Positions 8,798 through 17,903 of a stretch of DNA of 45,461 nucleotides are shown piece by piece. This DNA is from a virus. Lineage: Duplodnaviria; Caudoviricetes. The notes under the pieces are model-generated. The model did not search any database and had not been told where the DNA came from. It saw nothing but the letters and a program-made list of their open reading frames with translations. How positions within the stretch are numbered: position 1 is the stretch's first letter; each line of letters begins with the position of its first letter. The stretch covers positions 1 to 45,461 of the IMG/VR virus record IMGVR_UViG_3300002307_000084; one strand, 5' to 3'. A program made the translations under genes and the position numbers.

Positions 8798-11085
8798 CGT
8801 CTGCCCCCTGCCGGCGAGAAGCGCGGGCTTCGCTGCTTCAGTACCGCAGGAAGCTGCCGCGCCACATGCCGCGCAAACTTATCCGGGTCGCCGGCCCCGT
8901 AAACGTGAAAGTGCATATCGCCTACGCTCTGCGACGAATACGAACTGGATGCAGAGTAGGCACCGACACCAGCGTAATCGCCGAGTCTGCTGTTCGGTAT
9001 GATCGTTCCGCCTTGGTCGGGAATAAACAGTTCCGGCCCGCGCTCTCCGACCATTGACGGAACTCCCACCGGAGGGCGGCCACCGGAGGCAAACCCGCTG
9101 AAAATAGTATTCAGGTCAATAGCTGCGGTCAAAGCGGAGATAGCGGCAATCAACGTTGTATTCACAACGGCCAGGGATGCCGTTGCAATCGTGTTCACGG
9201 CAACGGCGGCAGAGTTGGTTGCGGACGCGCTTCCGAACACTGCGGCCAGCAAGGAATCCACCGCTGACTGAATCCCCAGTTTGATTATCAACTGCCGAAT
9301 TGCAGCGGTAAACACGTCCCCAAGTATTTGCTTACCTACATTTTTCAGTGAATTCTGGATTTCCTGGCCGATCTTACCCCCATCGAAAACCCCTTTCGCC
9401 AGCGTACTTCCAAGGCTTCCCGGTATAGTTTGAAACGCCTGATTGGCCTTGAATTCGAGGCTGTGTTCGCGCTGCAGTTTTTTGATCTCAGTTTCAGCCT
9501 TGTACCGTTTGTTTACGTCATCCAGCAGCACGGCCTCGGCCTGCTGCTGAAGTTCTGCGGCCTTTACTTCGTCGCCCCGCTTCAGCGCGATATCGGCCTC
9601 CGCTTTTAGCCGGTCGGCCTTGATCTCCCGCTGTTTGGAATCGAACGCCTCCATCTCGCGCATAAACGCGATCTGCTGCTGGAACGTATGGTTCAGTTCC
9701 AGCCCGTAGGCCCGCTGTGCTTCCAGTTGCGACCGTTCCACGCTGGCGTCCTGTCGCGCCGCCGCGCCGCGGGCGCCCACGCCGGCCAGTCTGCTTTGCG
9801 TGTCCTGAATCTTCTGAGTAGCGCGGTCAATATTCTCATCAGCTTCCGCCGCCATTCCAGAAAGAAAAGACTGAACCTTTTCAGCCGCCCGCGCTTCGTC
9901 TTCGGTGCGCTTAATGCTTTTCTGCGCTACCGCATCCATCTGCCGGTCCTGCTGCTGGTACAGGTTTCCCAACGTAATTTGGATCTCGCGTACCCGGTCG
10001 GCGTTGGTGCTTTCCTCTGCCAGCCGCTTGCGCCAGTAGGAAATCAACTGGCCCGCGCTCAGTTCGTGGTGCGATTTCTGGATGGCCAGTTGCAGTTCGT
10101 CGTTCTGCTTCAGGTCCTGCGTAGCCTTGCGCGCCGCTTCGGCCGCATCGCGCGCCAGTTCCCTTTGCTGTTCCAGTCGCTTAACGCCTTCGTCGCGCTC
10201 GTCAACGGTGGCCTTGCGCTGAAGGTTTTCGCGTTCCTTTTCCAACTGCTGAAGCTGGACATTGGCCGCAGCCTCCGAGCGCTGCGTAAGAAACTGGCCT
10301 ATGAATCCCGGCACGATGGACGCAAACCCACCGGCCTGCAGCTTCAGGGAAATGTCCTGAATCTTCTTCTCTACCTGTTTCAGCCGGTCCTGGTCAGCGT
10401 CGAAAGCCTGCTGATCGTACATGGCCGCCGTCTTGAATCCCGACGCTTTGCCAAATTCCAGCGTGGCTTCGCGGATGGCAATCTGTTCCAGCCGCCTACC
10501 CAGTTGCTCGTATTCTTTGTCCAGCCGCTCCGTCTGCTTTTCTGCTTCTTTTTCGGCGGCTATCAACGGATCGAAACGCTCCCACAACTTGTAAAGTTGT
10601 TCACCGAACGCCACTGCGCCGACGATAGGAAAAATGGCCTGCATGGCACCGCCCAGGCCCAGAGTGCCTGCGACGAATCGCTCCATCGCTCTGATACCGC
10701 CGCTGCCCTCCATCACGCGGATAGCGCCGGATGTGGCCTGGATCTCCGTGACAGCATGCGCCGACGCTGCGGTCATTTCTTCCAGCTTCAGCGTTGCCTG
10801 CGTCAGTTCGGCTTCGTACTGCACCAGCGCCGTGATCGCTACTTCTGACCCGGCCTGGGCTGCAGGGCCGAGCTGCAATGACGCCTGACGAAGATTCTCC
10901 ATCGCCGTCTGAACGTCTCTGGCAGCAGTCTTGATACTGGAGATAGAGCCGTTGAACTGAGTGGCGATCTTTTCGCCGGCCGCGGACGCCGCCGCCTCTG
11001 CGCGGGAAAATGCCGCATTCAGGTTTGTCGGGTCGCCTGTGATCTGTACCGCAACTGAGCCGATAACTTCCGATGTCGCTGACAT
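8794..11085 (-). CDS. Tail tape measure protein
   Basis: 763 aa, helical Ala/Gln/Glu-rich; C-terminal FASGG...VGERGPELFIP motif; position after chaperones. Confidence 0.93.
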   Translation of the reverse strand: MSATSEVIGSVAVQITGDPTNLNAAFSRAEAAASAAGEKIATQFNGSISSIKTAARDVQTAMENLRQASLQLGPAAQAGSEVAITALVQYEAELTQATLKLEEMTAASAHAVTEIQATSGAIRVMEGSGGIRAMERFVAGTLGLGGAMQAIFPIVGAVAFGEQLYKLWERFDPLIAAEKEAEKQTERLDKEYEQLGRRLEQIAIREATLEFGKASGFKTAAMYDQQAFDADQDRLKQVEKKIQDISLKLQAGGFASIVPGFIGQFLTQRSEAAANVQLQQLEKERENLQRKATVDERDEGVKRLEQQRELARDAAEAARKATQDLKQNDELQLAIQKSHHELSAGQLISYWRKRLAEESTNADRVREIQITLGNLYQQQDRQMDAVAQKSIKRTEDEARAAEKVQSFLSGMAAEADENIDRATQKIQDTQSRLAGVGARGAAARQDASVERSQLEAQRAYGLELNHTFQQQIAFMREMEAFDSKQREIKADRLKAEADIALKRGDEVKAAELQQQAEAVLLDDVNKRYKAETEIKKLQREHSLEFKANQAFQTIPGSLGSTLAKGVFDGGKIGQEIQNSLKNVGKQILGDVFTAAIRQLIIKLGIQSAVDSLLAAVFGSASATNSAAVAVNTIATASLAVVNTTLIAAISALTAAIDLNTIFSGFASGGRPPVGVPSMVGERGPELFIPDQGGTIIPNSRLGDYAGVGAYSASSSYSSQSVGDMHFHVYGAGDPDKFARHVARQLPAVLKQRSPRFSPAGGRR

Positions 11086-11090
11086 AGTTT

Positions 11091-11611
11091 TTACGCTCCT
11101 TCCATGATATGCAGGATTTCTTCGCGGGATGCCCCGCGCGCCCGCGCTTCCTGAGCCCGCTTCTGTCGATCTGAAAACCGGTCAACCAGTTCCGCGTGGA
11201 TGACTGCCGACTCAGGAGAAAACGTTTGGCCGACTACGCCCAGTTGACGCTCCAGTGATTCCCGCTCCACCAGCCAGTCCGGTTTTGCATCGGGATCGGT
11301 AGCCGGTTTGCGGACCATCGAATCGGGAAGGAAGTCAGCATCGGTCCAGTGCTTTTTATCGGATCTGCTGAAGTGCGCGTTGTGGAACGCCGCCTGCTGC
11401 CGCGCATACAGCGTCAGAGTGAAAGTCCGGTCAGCGTCGAAGACGCGCCGATATGCAGCAATCTCTGCCCATGAAGCGGCCCAGAATGACTCGCTGCTCA
11501 ACCCCAGGCCCTGCGCACCAGTCGCAAAGGCGTACAGGTCGAGCAGCGAGTTGTCGATTAGCCCTGAGTCGCCGGCTGGCTCTGGGTCGTGTCGGGCGCC
11601 GCCGGCAGAAT
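11091..11611 (-). CDS. Tail assembly chaperone, frameshifted C-terminal part (gpGT-like)
   Basis: -1 frame is open from the slippery site through LGLSSESFWAASWAEI to the stop at 11091. Confidence 0.8.
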
Positions 11612-11890
11612 GTTTTTTAAGGCTTCCAGCACCGGCTCAGCAAAGGCGTTATCGTCTTCGCCTTCGGCAAGCAGTTCGGCCAGAGCAAAAGGGGAATCGA
11701 GTTGCGCCGACTTCCATTTGCCGTCTGTGACCGAGCCCATCATCGACGCGGCCAAAGCCAACACCGGAACCGGCTTTCCGCTGCCCAGGGCAAAACCCCA
11801 ACGCTGCAGCTGGTACCGCGCCGCCGGCCCCCAGCACAAATCGAACGAGCTTCCGCCCGCCGTGATCTTCGGATACGTGACTGGTGCCAT
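11558..11890 (-). CDS. Tail assembly chaperone (gpG-like)
   Basis: Between tail tube and tape measure; carries the slippery heptamer. Confidence 0.8.
   Translation of the reverse strand: MAPVTYPKITAGGSSFDLCWGPAARYQLQRWGFALGSGKPVPVLALAASMMGSVTDGKWKSAQLDSPFALAELLAEGEDDNAFAEPVLEALKNILPAAPDTTQSQPATQG
11612..11618 (-). other. -1 programmed frameshift site A AAA AAC
   Basis: X XXY YYZ in the correct codon phase (TTA AAA AAC); the -1 frame joins the downstream ORF. Confidence 0.85.
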
Positions 11891-11892
11891 GA

Positions 11893-12357
11893 TTACACCA
11901 GCTGCGGAGGACCGCTGATCTGAATGGTGAGGTTGACGTCGATCTCTTTGTCGAAGTCCAAGCCGATCGGAAACTCCTCGATGTAGCCAATGAAGAACAC
12001 TGTCTTACCATCGGGAAAAACCAGCCGCCAGTACAGCGTCACACGGTTCTGGAACTGCAGGCCCAGGCCGGTCGTGAAATCGTGGCCGGCAGCGCCGCTG
12101 CTATCCGCAAACACGCTGGAAGGTTGGAAACGGATGTCGGCGTTGAACTTCCCGCCTTCGATCATGGTCGGGATGTACTGCGTCCACTGCGTGCCCTGGT
12201 TGGAGACTTCGGCCGACTTGACCTTCATCCCCCACTTCATGTTGCCGACGTTGCCGACAGGCCGATAAGTCTGTGGCGAACCAGTGGCCACGGACAAAAT
12301 AGTTCCGACCGCTGCCTGCCCGGCTCCCTGACTGAGTGTGATGTTCTGTAATGACAT
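11893..12357 (-). CDS. Major tail tube protein
   Basis: WRLVFPDG..VFFIGYIEEF..VNLTIQISGPP lambda gpV-like pattern; AGGAG SD. Confidence 0.85.
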   Translation of the reverse strand: MSLQNITLSQGAGQAAVGTILSVATGSPQTYRPVGNVGNMKWGMKVKSAEVSNQGTQWTQYIPTMIEGGKFNADIRFQPSSVFADSSGAAGHDFTTGLGLQFQNRVTLYWRLVFPDGKTVFFIGYIEEFPIGLDFDKEIDVNLTIQISGPPQLV

Positions 12358-12390
12358 GGCGTTTGTACTCTCCTTTGGTGGTGCCCGTTC

Positions 12391-12837
12391 CTATGGTAGG
12401 TCAGAACGGTTGTAAATCCTATAGTCCAGCGTTTCGACGTAGGCCGGTGCTTCGAGATCGGCAATCATTCCGCTGCGCTGGTTCAGCAGAAAACAGGGCG
12501 CATGGTTCGGCGTGCCGATCGGGCTGGTGAACTGAACCGACGAGGTAAGGTCAACGGTCGCCAGAAACGCGATCAGGTCGATAGCAACCGCCCGCGCTAT
12601 TTCCGCCGCAAAGTCGATTACATCGAACTGAAAGCGTATCTGCTGCAGATTGTTGACGCCGCCCTGGTTGTAATCGAATGCCGACGATACCCGCGTCACC
12701 CGCATGCACGTCTGGCCGGGCTGCAGATACTGCTGGGGCAGGCGCCGGTCAAACCAGCGAAACACCGGGTACCCAAGATCCGCCTGAAGTGTGGTGCTGG
12801 CAATCGCCAGTTGCCGCAACTTTGCTTCTGCCGTCAT
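12391..12837 (-). CDS. Tail terminator/completion protein
   Basis: Position between HK97 gp10-like gene and tail tube; IRFQFDV motif. Confidence 0.7.
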   Translation of the reverse strand: MTAEAKLRQLAIASTTLQADLGYPVFRWFDRRLPQQYLQPGQTCMRVTRVSSAFDYNQGGVNNLQQIRFQFDVIDFAAEIARAVAIDLIAFLATVDLTSSVQFTSPIGTPNHAPCFLLNQRSGMIADLEAPAYVETLDYRIYNRSDLP

Positions 12838-13253
12838 TTTCTGAGAGCCACCGATATCGAAGAAGCAAAAAACGCTTTGATTCTGGCGCGCACCGTATCC
12901 ATCGCCGGACGCATGTAAGGCTGAGCAGGCATGCCGGGCCACGTCGGGCTGTACGGGTATGGACCAGAGCCAGGCGAAGCCGCGCCGCGGACGCCGGTAC
13001 CGAATTCGACATAGGCCGCATGATCGGCCGCAGCAACGACGGTGCCGACCACCACTTTGCCAACGTCTTCCAGCGTGTAAACAATCGAGTTCTGCAACTC
13101 GCCGGTATCAACCGGGACAATCGCCCGCGCTTCTTCGGCGATGGCCGCCGCCGATTCCTCCACGGCAGTGCGGACAGCCGGATTTATTGTGCTCTGTACA
13201 AACTGGCCGCTGGCGTTGCGCGGGGTGTACGTGGCCGTTGCTGTCACCATCAT
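12834..13253 (-). CDS. HK97 gp10-like tail/neck protein
   Basis: PVDTGELQNSI, YVEFGTG, MPAQPYMRPA. Confidence 0.88.
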   Translation of the reverse strand: MMVTATATYTPRNASGQFVQSTINPAVRTAVEESAAAIAEEARAIVPVDTGELQNSIVYTLEDVGKVVVGTVVAAADHAAYVEFGTGVRGAASPGSGPYPYSPTWPGMPAQPYMRPAMDTVRARIKAFFASSISVALRK

Positions 13254-13645
13254 ACGGTCACCACCCGGACCATAAGACGCGTCATTTGCATCTGGGAATC
13301 GTGCTCTGTACCAATGATGTCGAAGGAATCACCATCGACCACGGCCCGCCATGACTGCAAAATCGTCGGATAGTAGCCGCTTAGGAGCACGTGCAGAAAA
13401 TTGAACGCCTCGACCTGTGGCATCGTCTTCTTTTCGTTTGAAGCGATTGCCATTTTTTTCGATGACGGAGGTGCCGTGCATGGGATATCCTGCAGGCCGT
13501 CCACGTCCACGTACAGGCCGTCAGGCGCGCCGCCGGCGTCGAAGGTGCCGGAAGGCTGCTGGATCGTGCAGAGCGAGACAAACAGCCCCGTAGCGATAGC
13601 CTCGGGCATCACAGCGGCGATCTCGTAACTGAGCCCCTGATACAT
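13250..13645 (-). CDS. Head closure / head-tail joining protein
   Basis: Position and beta-rich pattern. Confidence 0.6.
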   Translation of the reverse strand: MYQGLSYEIAAVMPEAIATGLFVSLCTIQQPSGTFDAGGAPDGLYVDVDGLQDIPCTAPPSSKKMAIASNEKKTMPQVEAFNFLHVLLSGYYPTILQSWRAVVDGDSFDIIGTEHDSQMQMTRLMVRVVTV

Positions 13646-14103
13646 TACGCTCCGTACAGCCTAAGCATCTGTTTCCAGACGCGTTCCCGCGCCTGAAATT
13701 GATTGTTGACCATTTCCGCAACCGCGAAGGCGCCTGAATTCGCTTCCGTCTCGCGCAGCGTCTTTGCCGTTTCTCGAAGCTCTTTTGAAGCATTGGCTGC
13801 GTCGATCTTTACATCGAGCAACTCCAGCACCGCGGCCAGCCTGCTTTTGTTCGCGGCCAGCGCATCCAGCAGCAGCGCGGCCGCGCGCCGGTGCGAGTAG
13901 ATCAGCGGGACGTAGGGAATCTGCACCTGATTGGCCAGCGGCGATGCCTGGCTGCTGACGTAAAGCCCCTGGCTGGATTCAATCGAAAGCGCCTGTTGAA
14001 CCTCGTCATCCTGAAAGATCGGATTTGCCGCATCGGTATCGGCAATCATCAGGCGCACGCGACTGATATCCGGGTATTGGCTGAAATCGTAGTTAAACGC
14101 CAT
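13645..14103 (-). CDS. Head-tail adaptor protein
   Basis: ISRVRLMIADTD...IFQDDEV motif typical of adaptors. Confidence 0.7.
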   Translation of the reverse strand: MAFNYDFSQYPDISRVRLMIADTDAANPIFQDDEVQQALSIESSQGLYVSSQASPLANQVQIPYVPLIYSHRRAAALLLDALAANKSRLAAVLELLDVKIDAANASKELRETAKTLRETEANSGAFAVAEMVNNQFQARERVWKQMLRLYGA

Positions 14104-14338
14104 TCGGTGGTGGCTCCTGTGGCGTTGTCACTGTCGTAATTGAAGTGCTGCCGTCTATCGGTTTCGGAATGTGAACGCCGAACTTGAAACCAAACAGTCC
14201 GCTGAGCCCGTTGGACACAGCGCCAATGATTACCCAAACGCCTTTTTCGTAGGCCGGCGAAACAAAAAACGAAATCAGCCCCAGCCCGATGAGGGATGCG
14301 ACCAGAACGTAAATCAGGCGATCCGACGTATCTTTCAC
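14093..14338 (-). CDS. Small two-TM membrane protein (holin candidate)
   Basis: Two hydrophobic stretches, 81 aa. Confidence 0.5.
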   Translation of the reverse strand: MKDTSDRLIYVLVASLIGLGLISFFVSPAYEKGVWVIIGAVSNGLSGLFGFKFGVHIPKPIDGSTSITTVTTPQEPPPNGV

Positions 14339-14913
14339 TGGATTGTGAACCCCGCGACAGCCGGCGAACCGGCCAGCATGACGATGAGCCCGGTATGGCA
14401 GTCGTTGCCGCTTCCGGCTTTACCGAGCGCCAGCGTCGAGTTATCGGGCAGGATGTGCCGGGAGAGCGCCACCAAGTCTCGCGGGTCGCCCACCGCGGGC
14501 AGAATGGCTGCGGCGATGGCCGGGGCCGCCTGGATGATCGCTACCGTCGTCGGAGTGAATGTCTTGAACAGCGCCGTCAGCAGCGTGGCAGAGCTCGTTG
14601 CGCTGGCGATGGCCTTCTGCGCACGGATGAACACGTCCTTTTGCTGGAGCGCCTGAAGCACCGCGTCCACCACATCAGACGAATAGACCGCCGCCTTCTG
14701 CTTCAGTTCCACCCCGGCGATGAGCCGCGCCGTGGACAGGTTCCGGTCTTCGGCCCCCTCATTGCAGGCGTCCACCCGCGCGAGAGTGGCCGTCTTTGGG
14801 GTGTAGCCGGTCGCCAGGCTTACCGCCTGCGTCCCCTGCGTGGCTATCACCACCGAAATGGATGTCTGCGCCAGCGCTGGCAGCGCCGCGAGGAACAGGG
14901 CGAGATTACGCAT
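14335..14913 (-). CDS. Exported protein of unknown function
   Basis: Signal peptide MRNLALFLAALPALA|Q; one Cys pair. Confidence 0.7.
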   Translation of the reverse strand: MRNLALFLAALPALAQTSISVVIATQGTQAVSLATGYTPKTATLARVDACNEGAEDRNLSTARLIAGVELKQKAAVYSSDVVDAVLQALQQKDVFIRAQKAIASATSSATLLTALFKTFTPTTVAIIQAAPAIAAAILPAVGDPRDLVALSRHILPDNSTLALGKAGSGNDCHTGLIVMLAGSPAVAGFTIQ

Positions 14914-15088
14914 TGAATTCCTCCAGTTGCTTGATCAGAGATTTAACCTCGTCGGCGGCGATGGAAATCGACGTTACCGAACCGTCGCCGTTGACCCGCT
15001 CAATCAATACCGGCATGTGCCGCGCCGGGACTCCGCTGTCATCCGTGGGGCGACTCACATATACGCCTTCGGGTCTATCGCCCTGCAT
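14906..15088 (-). CDS. Hypothetical protein (60 aa)
   Basis: Fills the gap, overlapping neighbours on both sides. Confidence 0.5.
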   Translation of the reverse strand: MQGDRPEGVYVSRPTDDSGVPARHMPVLIERVNGDGSVTSISIAADEVKSLIKQLEEFNA

Positions 15089-15539
15089 TGATGGCCTCCT
15101 GCCTATGAATCGTCTGGACGTTGAGAATGTCCTGCCGCACGAACCACGCCGTTACCAGTGCGCCGCCCGTCACGGCCAGAATGTCGGCATGAACATCGTC
15201 CGGGTGCAGCCGGTGCGCCGCATACGTCGCCGCCACCGGGATCAGGCCGAGCGCAGCCTTGAAGCCGATCAGCTTGACGGCGCTCAGGCTCTGCGTTCCA
15301 TCCGGCCAGCGCTTCAGTAGCAGCGGGTTGTTTTCATGGATACCCGGCACGTTGCGGACGGCCCACATCGTTTCTCCCGCATCGACCGCCGACGCCGTGA
15401 AGGCGGCGCCCTCCAGGACATAGGCCAGCTTGTGCCAGCGGGTCGCACGTGCAAAAGCCGAAGGATTCAGCGTGACACTGACGCCCTGAGCCCATACCGG
15501 AAGCGCGGCCACCATCAGCAGTATCGTTATCGTTTTCAT
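15075..15539 (-). CDS. Signal-peptide-bearing membrane protein (DUF5658-like D..T...G..E.NPL motif)
   Basis: MKTITILLMVAALPVWA|Q; VDAGET..PGIHENNPLL; hydrophobic segments. Confidence 0.65.
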   Translation of the reverse strand: MKTITILLMVAALPVWAQGVSVTLNPSAFARATRWHKLAYVLEGAAFTASAVDAGETMWAVRNVPGIHENNPLLLKRWPDGTQSLSAVKLIGFKAALGLIPVAATYAAHRLHPDDVHADILAVTGGALVTAWFVRQDILNVQTIHRQEAINAGR

Positions 15540-16243
15540 TCCGGGCACACTCCCAAGAGACTTAGATTGCATGTAGAGGACGCAGCGGCGATGAAATTCG
15601 CCACCACAGAATTATTGTTTGCGCCGCTCGAAAAAGGCGTATATGTGCCGGTTGCGAGTGGCGGTGTAGTCGGTACCATATATCCGTCATTCTGATCAAA
15701 ATTTCCGCCGGCCGTCTTCGTGAATCCGGTTCCGGCCGTGGCATTACTTCCGCCCACGAAGACGCCGAGCACGATTGACGATGCAGTGGTAGTGATGGAT
15801 GGGTTACTACCCGATCCGGCCGTCTTCTGATCAGTATTCGGCGCGCCCGAAATTTCACAAATCGCATCCCACGGGCGGAATGCCGCCGAGGTCCAGGTGA
15901 TGGAAAACGTGACGGTTCCGCTGGACACTCCAGTCGTCTTCCACATCTCGGCGGCGGTAGAGAACCCGCCGCGATTTCCGCTGTCTGCTTTTACCAGCGC
16001 CGGAGCCGAACCAGAACCAGCGGATATAGTGACGGCGGAAATAGAGTTGACGGCGGCATCATCGACGGACATCAATATGAGCGTATTCCCCGCAGTCACG
16101 CCGGTGATCGTAGCGTTATGCGGATTAGCATTTGAGAAATTCTGATTGCCTCCGTTGCATTGCACCAAACTCGGTGCGGCGATCAGCGCGGGCACCGCAG
16201 CAAAAAACAGAGCCAGCTTACGCATGGAATCCATGTGCCTCAT
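15536..16243 (-). CDS. Exported Gly/Ser/Thr-rich beta protein
   Basis: MRKLALFFAAVPALIA|APSLVQ signal; four Cys. Confidence 0.7.
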   Translation of the reverse strand: MRHMDSMRKLALFFAAVPALIAAPSLVQCNGGNQNFSNANPHNATITGVTAGNTLILMSVDDAAVNSISAVTISAGSGSAPALVKADSGNRGGFSTAAEMWKTTGVSSGTVTFSITWTSAAFRPWDAICEISGAPNTDQKTAGSGSNPSITTTASSIVLGVFVGGSNATAGTGFTKTAGGNFDQNDGYMVPTTPPLATGTYTPFSSGANNNSVVANFIAAASSTCNLSLLGVCPE

Positions 16244-16737
16244 CTTACTGCAAAGCTCCCTGTAGGCGGAACTATGGCCGCACTTCGATTCTGTGAAGCG
16301 AGGTTATGGACAACCCCCAACGCATAGCTCTGAAGGCTTTCAGCAAGGATCATGTCCAATGGGCTTGCGTACTGTAGCACAGAGACATAATCACCCAAGG
16401 CATGAGGTGAGGCGGTTGCGCCCGGTACGATGGCGCGAACCACGGTAATAGTCGAGCCGGATATCGATGCCACTGCCATCGGATCAGTACCGATGATGAT
16501 GGTCTGGCCGGGCTTCACCGCCATAGCCTGCCCGAGCGTTATTGATGTATCGGTAACAGAAATGGGTGCGGCGAGTGTGGCTACCTTGTCGGCGCTGTGC
16601 TGGTCTGTCCAGTGGGTCATCAGGTCCGCAAAAACCCCGGTGGGAAAGGTCAAAGACAGCGTTACGGTGGTGGTTTGCCCGAGCGCACTAGCCGCCAGCA
16701 GGACCAGACCGAAAAGTGTTTTTTGAAGTGTTCTCAT
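16240..16737 (-). CDS. Exported protein with virion-type beta domain
   Basis: MRTLQKTLFGLVLLAASALG|Q; TLAAPISVTDTSITL..GQTIIIG..TITVVR..GATASPH..GDYV resembles a phage structural-protein domain. Confidence 0.7.
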   Translation of the reverse strand: MRTLQKTLFGLVLLAASALGQTTTVTLSLTFPTGVFADLMTHWTDQHSADKVATLAAPISVTDTSITLGQAMAVKPGQTIIIGTDPMAVASISGSTITVVRAIVPGATASPHALGDYVSVLQYASPLDMILAESLQSYALGVVHNLASQNRSAAIVPPTGSFAVR

Positions 16738-16748
16738 TTGTTTCTCCC

Positions 16749-17903
16749 CTATTGCTTCACGTAGCTGAAAGAACCGCTCACTTGGTTGGCCGCGCTTACC
16801 AGCAGGCAGACGTTGTCCGCTGCGGTCGCCGTGGCAAATACCGCCGCCGCTCCATTGCCCTTCGCCATGCCGCCGTTGGCCCCGAAATTCCAGCCGGTCG
16901 CGGCCGTTGTTCCGCCCGCCATGCCCGCGATTCCGGTGGCGCAGACTGCCCCGGTGCCTTCCACGAGCGCCACGTTAGTCGCGGCTGCGACGATTAGGTC
17001 CAGATCGCAGATGTAGACGTTCTTCGCGGCAGTCCCAGCCAGCAGTTGGGTGTTGGTCGTGAGCGAGATTGTTACCCTCGTCCTGGAGCCGCGCTGGCAT
17101 GGATCGACGTAAAAAGCAACCAGGTTGGTACCATCTGACCCGGCGACCTGCGTGGCACCGGCCGGTACGGCACTCCCTGTCGCGCCCTGGCCTGCCGCGG
17201 GCAATGCAGAATTATCCGATGCAATGGCCACCCGCTGTACTCCGGTACCCACCACGCCATTCCCCATGGTCGTCGCGACCCCGTTCATCTGCGCCACATT
17301 AACGCTCTGGTTTGCAGCCAGAGTGGAATCGTTCGATATTGTGACGCGGGGAATTCCAGCGCCACCTGCGCCGGTTCCGGTGACGGCATTTGAGCCACCG
17401 AACTGGCTTACGTTGGTCGATGCGTTCGACGGCGGTGTCGTCGTGACCGTGCCGCTGACCGGCACGGTGCCCAGGATACTGACCGGAGAATTGCCAGCGA
17501 AGGTGACGGTGATCGTACCTGCATTTGGGTATACAGAGCACGAGTACACCGCTACCAGCGCCTCACCCGTCGAGTACGTCACCGATGACGGAACGACATT
17601 GAACTGCTGAAGGCCGGTCGATGGCGTGAAGCTCTGCGTCGCGAATACCGTTCCGGTGGCGCCGCCAGTGCTCTGCTGATACGCCAGCGTCACTTGGCAA
17701 CCGGACGGCGATCCGGTGATACCGGCCCCCAGAATCATCAGGTCGCCGTAGCCGCTGTTGTTGGGCAGGCGCACCGCGCTGCTGGTCTGCGTCGTGGTTG
17801 CCGATACCGTATTCAGCAGCACCACCGTGGACTGGCGCACAACCGGATTCTGCGCATAGAGCGCACCAGCCAGCAGGCCGAAACAAAGAAGGCGTTTCAT
17901 CAT
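16749..17903 (-). CDS. Exported fibre/decoration-like protein
   Basis: MMKRLLCFGLLAGALYA|Q; Gly/Thr-rich; six Cys in the predicted mature part. Confidence 0.72.
   Translation of the reverse strand: MMKRLLCFGLLAGALYAQNPVVRQSTVVLLNTVSATTTQTSSAVRLPNNSGYGDLMILGAGITGSPSGCQVTLAYQQSTGGATGTVFATQSFTPSTGLQQFNVVPSSVTYSTGEALVAVYSCSVYPNAGTITVTFAGNSPVSILGTVPVSGTVTTTPPSNASTNVSQFGGSNAVTGTGAGGAGIPRVTISNDSTLAANQSVNVAQMNGVATTMGNGVVGTGVQRVAIASDNSALPAAGQGATGSAVPAGATQVAGSDGTNLVAFYVDPCQRGSRTRVTISLTTNTQLLAGTAAKNVYICDLDLIVAAATNVALVEGTGAVCATGIAGMAGGTTAATGWNFGANGGMAKGNGAAAVFATATAADNVCLLVSAANQVSGSFSYVKQ

Noticed and set aside
9688-10848. Long plus-strand ORFs (also 22235-23095, 31750-32796, 35466-36305, 40410-41306)
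   Set aside because: Antisense shadows of well-supported minus-strand genes in GC-rich DNA; no motifs
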